Below, one piece after another: positions 18,736 to 26,292 of a stretch of DNA of 33,104 nt. The notes under the pieces are model-generated. The model did not search any database, was not told the origin of the DNA, and saw only the letters and a program-made list of their open reading frames with translations. The first letter of the stretch is position 1; each line of letters starts with the position of its first letter. The stretch covers positions 34,547-67,650 of the forward strand of contig CAZZCP010000003.1 of assembly GCA_964653235.1 (NCBI GenBank), given 5' to 3'. Made by a program: the position numbers and the translations under genes. The stretch is from an uncultured Pseudobdellovibrionaceae bacterium. Lineage in GTDB: Bacteria > Bdellovibrionota > Bdellovibrionia > Bdellovibrionales > UBA840.

Positions 18736-20146
18736 AAATGTCATAGTACATATGAAATTCAATCGGAAGAGGTCTTGCCTGAATTTCACGAACTTCGTTT
18801 TCGGTTTTGTAGTTGATCCAGTTGTACAGAAAGTCTTTGGTAAAGACATCTCCGGCGAGCAAAAATTCATTTTTAGTCGCTAAGTTTTTTAAACTCTCTT
18901 CAAGTCCTGAAGGAACAGATTCAACTTTGCTACCTTCCTCGTGAGACAAAGAGTAAAGGTCTTTCTCTAGTGGCTCACCTGGGTGGATTTTGTTTTGTAT
19001 GCCATCAATTCCTGCCATTAGCAGAGCTGAGAATGCTAGGTAAACATTCGCACTTGGGTCGGGCGTGCGAAACTCAATGCGTTTGGCTTTTGGATTGTCT
19101 CCAGTCATTGGAATGCGAATCGATGCAGAACGATTTCTAGCGCTGTAAGCAAGCCGAATTGGTGCTTCAAAACCAGGAACCAATCTTTTATAAGAATTGG
19201 TGGTTGGATTGGTAAAGGCACAGACACTTGGGGCGTGTTTTAAAATGCCGCCAATAAAATGCAAGGCCGTTTCAGAAAGACCAGCATATTCATTGCCGGC
19301 AAAAAGGGCTTTGCCTTCTTTGAATAAAGACATGTGGGTGTGCATGCCTGAGCCATTGTCATTAAAAATCGGTTTGGGCATAAAGGTGGCAGTTTTATGA
19401 TGTCTTCGGGCAACATTTTTAATGACATATTTAAACCACATCATGGTGTCTGCCATTGGTAAAAGTTCATCATAGCGAATATTGATTTCGCCTTGTCCTG
19501 CAGTTGCAACTTCATGGTGTTGTCTTTCGACTTGAATTCCAAGCTGCTCTAAGACCATACACATTTCAGCTCGTAAGTCATGCAGTCGATCTGTGGGAAG
19601 AGCCGGAAAATAGCCTCCTTTGTGGCGAGGGAGGTGACCAAGGTTTTTGTTTTCTCTACCACCAGAATTCCAAATGGCTTCTTCGGAATCAATTTCATAA
19701 AAACTATAGTGAGGGGAGCTTGAATAGCGAATGTCATCAAAAATAAAAAACTCTGCCTCAGGGCCAAAAAAAGCTGTGTCGGCAATGCCTGTTGACTTTA
19801 AATATTCGACAGCTTTCTTGGCAATTTGCCTTGGGTCTTTGCTGTAAGGCACACCATTATCAGGCTCATAGATATCACAAATCAAAGAAAGTGTTGGGAG
19901 CTCCATAAAAGGATCTATCTTTGCTGTGGCCGGGTCAGGAATGACTGTCATGTCAGAGTTATCAATATTCTGCCATGCACGAAGTGAACTTCCATCAAAG
20001 TTTAAACCCTTTTGAAAAACTTCATCTGTTAATTGGTGTATTGGCAAACTAAAGTGTTGCCAAGTGCCAAACAAATCAGAAAACTTTAGATCGACCATTT
20101 TTACGCCTTGGTCTTTGGCAAAGGTCATAATCTCACTTGAACTCAT
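18734..20146 (-). CDS. glnA: Glutamine synthetase type I
   Basis: FDGSS, FGPEAEFF, HHEVATAGQGEI, TFMPKP...NGSGMHTH, NSYKRLVPGFEAP, NRSASIRIP, RIEFR; adenylylation-loop tyrosine retained (KDLYSL). Confidence 0.98.
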   Translation of the reverse strand: MSSSEIMTFAKDQGVKMVDLKFSDLFGTWQHFSLPIHQLTDEVFQKGLNFDGSSLRAWQNIDNSDMTVIPDPATAKIDPFMELPTLSLICDIYEPDNGVPYSKDPRQIAKKAVEYLKSTGIADTAFFGPEAEFFIFDDIRYSSSPHYSFYEIDSEEAIWNSGGRENKNLGHLPRHKGGYFPALPTDRLHDLRAEMCMVLEQLGIQVERQHHEVATAGQGEINIRYDELLPMADTMMWFKYVIKNVARRHHKTATFMPKPIFNDNGSGMHTHMSLFKEGKALFAGNEYAGLSETALHFIGGILKHAPSVCAFTNPTTNSYKRLVPGFEAPIRLAYSARNRSASIRIPMTGDNPKAKRIEFRTPDPSANVYLAFSALLMAGIDGIQNKIHPGEPLEKDLYSLSHEEGSKVESVPSGLEESLKNLATKNEFLLAGDVFTKDFLYNWINYKTENEVREIQARPLPIEFHMYYDI

Positions 20147-20155
20147 TAAGACTCC

Positions 20156-20491
20156 TTATAATATTGCGTCTTCGTTTGTTTCGCCGGTGCGAATGCGAAT
20201 GGCTTGCTCTAATGGGTAAACAAAAATTTTGCCATCACCATTTTCTCCTGTTTGAGAAAAATTTTGAATGATTTGTAAAATTTCAGAAAGCTGGTCATCG
20301 GTAACAATGCTTTCGACTTTAACTTTATCAAAAAAAATTGTGCTCTTTTTATGATAAGCTTTTGCAAACTTCTGTGTTCTACCAAAGCCTTTGATCTCCG
20401 TAAGGCTCAAGCCGCCAACTCCTGCAACGCGAAGAGCTTTAACTAAGTCTTCGAGTTGTTCTGGTCTAATAATTGCTTCTATTTTTTTCAA
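20156..20491 (-). CDS. glnB: P-II family nitrogen regulator with divergent T-loop
   Basis: MKKIEAIIRP, KGFGR, TGENGDGKIFV, IRIRTGE; upstream of glnA; TTG start with AGGGA RBS. Confidence 0.9.
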   Translation of the reverse strand: MKKIEAIIRPEQLEDLVKALRVAGVGGLSLTEIKGFGRTQKFAKAYHKKSTIFFDKVKVESIVTDDQLSEILQIIQNFSQTGENGDGKIFVYPLEQAIRIRTGETNEDAIL

Positions 20492-20669
20492 ACAGTCCCT
20501 CGTTGAAAAGCCAAAGCTATTATAGCGATGAAAGCCTTGTTTATCAAAATTCTTTCTTCACAATGCGGATAGGCTTTACAAATTTTTTTTCTGTGTAGGT
20601 ATTGCAGGCTGATAGCATTTTTGTTACATCATCTCCTCTCTCAACTATGGGGAAAAGAAAGAGGTATGC

Positions 20670-21266
20670 ATGATTAGTCACCGTCTATTCCTTTGCGGTT
20701 CTATGTGTGAAGGTATGGTTCATCGCTCTTTGATTGAAGAAAAAATTCAATCGGTTGAAAAAGCCTATATTCGTGCCAGCGTATATCGCTTGCCCGTTGG
20801 ATATCCGGTTTTACTTGAAAATGGAGAGGATCGAATAGAAGGTGAGTTGGTCCATTTTGAATCTTCACAGATTTTATTTCCGCTTTTGGATGAATTTCAT
20901 GCTTATAAAGAAGAAGCCCCTGAAAAGTCTTTATACTTCAGAAAAAGAATTGAAGTGGCCTTAGATTCAGAGCGATTGGAAGCCTATTGCTATTTTATAA
21001 ACCCGAGAAAGCTGCCAAGAGGTTCACAAAAAATTGCTGCAGGCAATTGGCAGGATGACTTTCGCTCCCACGAACCTATGACCGAAACTTTGAGTATTGA
21101 AGAAAAAGACTATCTCAAAATGCTGGCAAATTGTTCGGGACGGGCGGTGATTCCCTATACCAATATGACTCGCGATTTAGAGAGAAGAGGTATTGTAGTA
21201 GATAAGGGAAGAAGGCCGGCATTGACGCAGCTAGGTAAAGAAATCTACCGCTATCTTGGTTTGTAA
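20670..21266 (+). CDS. Gamma-glutamylcyclotransferase (AIG2/GGACT)-like domain with C-terminal winged-helix-like extension
   Basis: LFLCGSM (cf. LFVYGTL), GYPVL, IEGELV, LLDEF, LYFRKRIEV, AYCY, GNW; tail DLERRGIV...ALTQLGKE resembles a wHTH wing. Confidence 0.7.
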   Translation: MISHRLFLCGSMCEGMVHRSLIEEKIQSVEKAYIRASVYRLPVGYPVLLENGEDRIEGELVHFESSQILFPLLDEFHAYKEEAPEKSLYFRKRIEVALDSERLEAYCYFINPRKLPRGSQKIAAGNWQDDFRSHEPMTETLSIEEKDYLKMLANCSGRAVIPYTNMTRDLERRGIVVDKGRRPALTQLGKEIYRYLGL

Positions 21267-21271
21267 TTAAA

Positions 21272-21733
21272 ATGCAGCCCAGTTTTCATATTGTCCTGCA
21301 TGAGCCTGAGATTCCCAATAATACCGGAAACATTGGAAGAACCTGCGTTGGTCTCAATGCGAAGCTACACTTAATTAAGCCTTTAGGTTTTTCTTTAGAA
21401 GATAAAATGCTCAAGCGTTCAGGGCTTGACTACTGGCCTGACTTAGATTGGCAAGTCTACGAAAATATAGATGAATGTTTAGACCAAATTGGTTCAGAGA
21501 GAATTTTCTGTTTAAGCACAAAAGGACAGAAGTCTTTTTTTGAGTTTCAATACCAACAAGGTGATGTATTTGTATTCGGAAAAGAGACAAAGGGCTTGCC
21601 AGTAGAGATTCGGGAAGCCTATAAAGAACGATGCGTTAAATTACCTATGATTGGTCCGATTCGCAGCTACAATCTGGCCAATGCCGTAGCAGTAGTTTCT
21701 TTTGAGGCATTGAGACAAATAAAGAATTTCTAA
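21272..21733 (+). CDS. trmL: tRNA (cytidine(34)-2'-O)-methyltransferase, SPOUT family
   Basis: IVLHEPEIPNNTGNIGRTC, LHLIKPLGF, KRSGLDYW, FGKETKGL, RSYNLANAV. Confidence 0.95.
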   Translation: MQPSFHIVLHEPEIPNNTGNIGRTCVGLNAKLHLIKPLGFSLEDKMLKRSGLDYWPDLDWQVYENIDECLDQIGSERIFCLSTKGQKSFFEFQYQQGDVFVFGKETKGLPVEIREAYKERCVKLPMIGPIRSYNLANAVAVVSFEALRQIKNF

Positions 21734-21794
21734 AAGCTTTAATTTGCTCGCTTTACGATGACTGCTTGGGCAATTTTCGCTAGTATTCCTCATT

Positions 21795-24527
21795 ATGATT
21801 ACAAAAATAGTACAGTCGATTTTAGGTACCCATCACGAAAGAGAAAGAAAAAAGCTTTGGCCACTGGTTGAGAAGATCAATTCTCTTGAAGCCAGCTATA
21901 AAGCTTTGAGTGATGATCAATTAAAAGCTAAAACACGAGAATTCCAAGAAAAAATTGCCAATGGCGCAGGCGTAGAAGATGTACTGGTGGATGCGTTTGC
22001 AACCTGTCGCGAAGCTTCGACTCGAGTGTTGGGGATGCGCCATTATGATGTTCAGCTTTTTGGTGGAATTGTACTTAGTCGAGGTGCAGTTGCTGAGATG
22101 AAAACCGGTGAAGGTAAAACACTAGTTGCGACATTACCGGTATATCTCAATGCTTTAACGGGCAAGGGCTCTCACCTTGTTACAGTAAATGATTATCTTG
22201 CCACTCGCGACTCAGAGTGGATGGGTAGGCTCTACAATTGGCTCGGATTAAGTGTAGGTTTGATCGTTCACAACTTAAGTGATCAGCAAAGAAAACAAGC
22301 CTATGGGGCTGATATTACCTATGGAACAAACAACGAATTTGGGTTTGATTATTTGCGCGACAATATGAAGTACTCGCTTGATGATTATGTGCAAAGAGAT
22401 CACCACTTTGCGATTGTCGATGAGTGTGACTCGATTTTAATCGATGAGGCTCGAACTCCTTTGATTATATCTGGCCCAGCAGAAGACAATGTCGATAAGT
22501 ATAAGGTCATTGCAAAAGTTCTTCCGCATTTAAAAAACGAAGTGCATTTTACCATGGAAGAGAAGACCAAGAGCGCCTCTCTTACAGATGAAGGAAACCA
22601 TAAAGTTGAAGAAATTCTAGGGGTCGAGAATATCTATGATCCGAAAAGTATTGATGTTCTTCACCATATTTACAATGGTTTGAAAGCCTATCACCTCTAC
22701 AAAAAAGATGTCGACTACATGGTCAAAGATGGTGAGATCGTCATTATTGATGAGCATACCGGGCGTTTGATGGAGGGTCGTCGCTGGAGTGATGGTCTTC
22801 ATCAAGCGATCGAGGTCAAAGAGGGAGTACCAATTCGCAGAGAAAACCAAACTCTTGCAAGTATTACCTTTCAAAACTTTTTTCGAATGTATAATAAGCT
22901 TTCAGGTATGACGGGTACAGCAGACACAGAAGCCGTCGAATTTAAAAAAATCTACAATCTTGACGTCAATGTGATTCCTACCAACAAACCCATTGCTCGT
23001 ATCGATCAAAACGATGTGATCTACAAAAACGAGAGTGGAAAATTTAAAGCCATCATTGACGAAATCAAGAGCCGAGCAAAAATGGGTCAACCCGTCTTGG
23101 TCGGAACGATAAGTATTGAGAAGTCTGAAGAAATTTCGGAGGCTTTGAAAAAGGCTGGCATTACACACAAAGTTTTAAATGCCAAATACCACGAACAAGA
23201 GGCTGAAATTGTTGCCCAAGCAGGGCGCAAAGGCGCGGTTACTATTGCCACCAATATGGCTGGTCGTGGAACCGACATTGTTTTGGGTGGAAACCCTGAG
23301 AGCTTAGCCAAAGCAAAATACCCAGATGAAGAATCTGAGGAGTATCAAAAGGCTTTTGCAGAATTTAAAAAGCAATGTGAAAGTGAAAAGCAAGATGTGC
23401 TAAAAGCTGGCGGTCTCTACATCATTGGAACCGAAAGACATGAGTCTCGACGAATCGACAATCAGCTTCGCGGTCGTTCAGGGCGTCAAGGTGACCCCGG
23501 TGAATCTCGATTTTATCTTTCACTTGATGACAATCTTTTGCGAATCTTTCAAGGCGACAAAATCAAACAATGGATGGGACGTTTGAATATGCCAGACGAT
23601 GAACCCATAGACTCTAAAATGATTACTCGTTCTGTCGAGGGCGCGCAAAGAAAAGTCGAAGGTCATAACTTTGATATAAGAAAGCATACTCTTGAATACG
23701 ATGATGTGATGAACCAGCAAAGGTTTACTATCTATGGGCTTCGTAAAGAAGTGCTTGAAGGCGAAAAGCTCGAAGAGATCGTAAAAGAGATGATGGGTGA
23801 TGTAAGCTCATTTTATCTTGATACTTTTATCCCTCAAGGGGCAAAGCCAGAGCAATGGGATGTTGAAGGACTTCGATCAGCCATTTCTAAAAATTTTGGT
23901 ATTGAAGCTGATTTTTCAGCGGCGCAAACAGAAGTTGAACTCGACAATCTTGTAAGTGCGGCAGTAAAGGCAGCTTATGACGACCAGGCAAAAAAACTGG
24001 GCCCAATGCTCGAGCAAGTTCAACAAGTGATTTTACTTCGCTCGATCGACACTCGTTGGAAAGAACATCTACGAAATATGGATCATATGAAAGACGGCAT
24101 TGGTTTGAGAGCCTATGCGCAAAAAGATCCTCTGGTAGAATACAAAAAAGAGGCTTATCGAATGTTTGAGGAGCTGGATTTAAATATTAAAAAAGAAGCA
24201 CTTGAGAAAATATTTAAAGTTCAGTTGGTAACAGAAGATCAAGCCGGTAATCAGGTTCCTATGGACTCAGAAGACTTGGCAGAAAGTTTTGAGCTGGAAG
24301 GTCCAGAAGAATACGAAATGAATGATCCCTCTGATCAGCTTGAGCAAAATTTTGGTGCCCCATTTATGCAGCCACCACGAGAACAAAGTCTAGGCTTTAG
24401 TCATGGAGCCTCTGCCCCACAAGAAAAAAAGCCTTTTATTCGTGAAGATAAGAAGGTTGGAAGAAATGATCCTTGTCCTTGTGGTAGTGGCAAAAAGTAC
24501 AAAAACTGCCACGGAAAGAATGGCTAA
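21795..24527 (+). CDS. secA: Preprotein translocase ATPase SecA
   Basis: EMKTGEGKT, VTVNDYLA, DECDSILIDEARTPLIISG, ATNMAGRGTDI, QLRGRSGRQGDPG, C-terminal SEC-C motif GRNDPCPCGSGKKYKNCHG. Confidence 0.99.
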   Translation: MITKIVQSILGTHHERERKKLWPLVEKINSLEASYKALSDDQLKAKTREFQEKIANGAGVEDVLVDAFATCREASTRVLGMRHYDVQLFGGIVLSRGAVAEMKTGEGKTLVATLPVYLNALTGKGSHLVTVNDYLATRDSEWMGRLYNWLGLSVGLIVHNLSDQQRKQAYGADITYGTNNEFGFDYLRDNMKYSLDDYVQRDHHFAIVDECDSILIDEARTPLIISGPAEDNVDKYKVIAKVLPHLKNEVHFTMEEKTKSASLTDEGNHKVEEILGVENIYDPKSIDVLHHIYNGLKAYHLYKKDVDYMVKDGEIVIIDEHTGRLMEGRRWSDGLHQAIEVKEGVPIRRENQTLASITFQNFFRMYNKLSGMTGTADTEAVEFKKIYNLDVNVIPTNKPIARIDQNDVIYKNESGKFKAIIDEIKSRAKMGQPVLVGTISIEKSEEISEALKKAGITHKVLNAKYHEQEAEIVAQAGRKGAVTIATNMAGRGTDIVLGGNPESLAKAKYPDEESEEYQKAFAEFKKQCESEKQDVLKAGGLYIIGTERHESRRIDNQLRGRSGRQGDPGESRFYLSLDDNLLRIFQGDKIKQWMGRLNMPDDEPIDSKMITRSVEGAQRKVEGHNFDIRKHTLEYDDVMNQQRFTIYGLRKEVLEGEKLEEIVKEMMGDVSSFYLDTFIPQGAKPEQWDVEGLRSAISKNFGIEADFSAAQTEVELDNLVSAAVKAAYDDQAKKLGPMLEQVQQVILLRSIDTRWKEHLRNMDHMKDGIGLRAYAQKDPLVEYKKEAYRMFEELDLNIKKEALEKIFKVQLVTEDQAGNQVPMDSEDLAESFELEGPEEYEMNDPSDQLEQNFGAPFMQPPREQSLGFSHGASAPQEKKPFIREDKKVGRNDPCPCGSGKKYKNCHGKNG

Positions 24528-25286
24528 ATGGGGCAATGTCCGAACTGTGGAGCATCTATAAATACCGAAGATTTTGGCTTTAAAACCTGTCCAAGCTGCG
24601 AGAGCATGTTGGAAATCGACTTAGATGGCAATGTAAAGCTCAGTTCAGAGGTAATAAAACCACAGGCTTTGGCCACAGACCCAGCAGAAGGGGCAATTGA
24701 TAATGATTGGGACTTAGATGGGCAAAAAGACTTTAGTGCTGATAATCAAGACGAACAAGTACCACAAGAATCTCCGCCAGTAGATGAGTCATGGGACTTT
24801 CAGGCTGTAGAGAGCAATTCTGAGTCTGATGCAGATGCCGCAGCAGCCGATGCAGACTGGCAAGCAAATTTTGCTCCTGAAGAAGCTGGTGAAGACCAAG
24901 CAACAAGTCTTTTAGATGCCAATTCAAATCGGGTTTTAGAGAAAGAAAATGCCTTTGCGCAAGAAGAACCAGCAGTTCAAGACAATGCTGATTTTGCTGA
25001 GGTGGTCGATTTTGCCAATTCTGAGAAGTCCAACCCCAATCAGGGAGAGCTCTTCTATAGTCTAGTGATTCAAGGTGTAGATTCAGCAAAAATTCGTGAG
25101 GAGCTTAGAGTAGCGCTAGAAGATAAAGCTTTTCTGTGGGATGTCGATGAGATCTTTAGCAGCATGAAAGACGGGGTGTTGAGAATTGAGAAAACCAATC
25201 CCGTTAAGGCCAGTATTCTGGTCGAAAGGCTAAAGGCAATCGATGTTCAAGTTCAATGGAAACAATACCACATCACAGATCTGTAA
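24528..25286 (+). CDS. Zinc-ribbon protein with acidic disordered linker and small C-terminal alpha/beta domain
   Basis: N-terminal CPNC...CPSC; D/E-rich middle; starts on the base after the secA stop. Confidence 0.8.
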   Translation: MGQCPNCGASINTEDFGFKTCPSCESMLEIDLDGNVKLSSEVIKPQALATDPAEGAIDNDWDLDGQKDFSADNQDEQVPQESPPVDESWDFQAVESNSESDADAAAADADWQANFAPEEAGEDQATSLLDANSNRVLEKENAFAQEEPAVQDNADFAEVVDFANSEKSNPNQGELFYSLVIQGVDSAKIREELRVALEDKAFLWDVDEIFSSMKDGVLRIEKTNPVKASILVERLKAIDVQVQWKQYHITDL

Positions 25287-25791
25287 AGCAGTGCTTTTGC
25301 TTTTGGTCTTTAGTGTATCTTTTTCTGCTCGAGTAAAACCGGCAAAGATAAAATCTTATGCTGATCGAGTTGAAGATGTCGATGATATGCTTTTGCAAAT
25401 ACAAACAAAAAGACAAGAGCTGGATATCTTGATTCAACAAAAGAAAATACTTAAAGATCCTGAAGAAACCCGATTGATGATAGAACAGATCAATATAAAG
25501 CTTGCTGAAATTGAAAAATTGGATCTCAAAGTAAAGAAAGAACAAAAGATTTTGCGCTACAAGTATCCTGAAAAATACGACAAATCAAAAAGAGACTACC
25601 AAGTTGGCCGAGATAAAGACAACTGGGATACAGCTACACTCAACACCACTGGAAATATCGATCTGAAGCTTACACTGATCAAACAAAAACTTAAGAAGAT
25701 CTATGGCTTGGTACCCAAAGAGACACGTCAGCCTGCCTCAATACCACAAAAACCCAAAGAAAAGTTTGATCGTATACGTGTGTCGAAATAA
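25243..25791 (+). CDS. Hypothetical exported coiled-coil protein (start uncertain)
   Basis: Hydrophobic signal-like segment AVLLLLVFSVSFSA; heptad-rich body; overlaps upstream gene by 44 bp. Confidence 0.7.
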   Translation: MFKFNGNNTTSQICKAVLLLLVFSVSFSARVKPAKIKSYADRVEDVDDMLLQIQTKRQELDILIQQKKILKDPEETRLMIEQINIKLAEIEKLDLKVKKEQKILRYKYPEKYDKSKRDYQVGRDKDNWDTATLNTTGNIDLKLTLIKQKLKKIYGLVPKETRQPASIPQKPKEKFDRIRVSK

Positions 25792-25866
25792 AACACAGGT
25801 TTATAAAGACTATATTGTAAACTCACTTTACTTTCATTCGCTAAAAAAAGTGAATATAAGACTAGC

Positions 25867-26277
25867 ATGAAACCAATTCTTTATGATTATGAAATTGAAC
25901 CCCGATTCTCTGATATAGATTCTTACGGACATGTAAATTCGAAGAACTATATGGATTATGTGTCTACCTCTCGCTTGTATTATATGGAAAACGTGATGGG
26001 CTTAAGCGTTGAAGAGACTTTTCGTCAAGGTCTTGGCTTTTATCTTGCCGGAATTGAGCAAAAATTTATTCGCCCCATTAATGGTATGGTGAAAGTTCGA
26101 ATTCAATCCTTTATTAAAGAATGGCAAGCGAGCCGAGTCTTAGTCGATTATAAAATTTGTAGTCCTGACCTAGAAAAGACCTATTCGGTTGGAGAGATCA
26201 AATACGTTTGTGTCGACCTAAAAACCCAGAAACCCATCGATTTTCCAGAGTCGATCAAGAAGTACTTTTTTGAATAG
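25867..26277 (+). CDS. Acyl-CoA thioesterase, 4HBT/YbgC hot-dog family
   Basis: RFSDIDSYGHVNSKNY (D-x-x-G-H-V-N motif), VCVDLKTQKPIDFP. Confidence 0.92.
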   Translation: MKPILYDYEIEPRFSDIDSYGHVNSKNYMDYVSTSRLYYMENVMGLSVEETFRQGLGFYLAGIEQKFIRPINGMVKVRIQSFIKEWQASRVLVDYKICSPDLEKTYSVGEIKYVCVDLKTQKPIDFPESIKKYFFE

Positions 26278-26292
26278 TGCGTGTTGAAATAC

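Noticed and set aside
18672-18737. 21-codon plus-strand peptide MLGLLIRGCKRARSAVQSGFF
   Set aside because: Runs through the terminator hairpin and its GGGAG is too close to the ATG; not excluded without ribosome profiling
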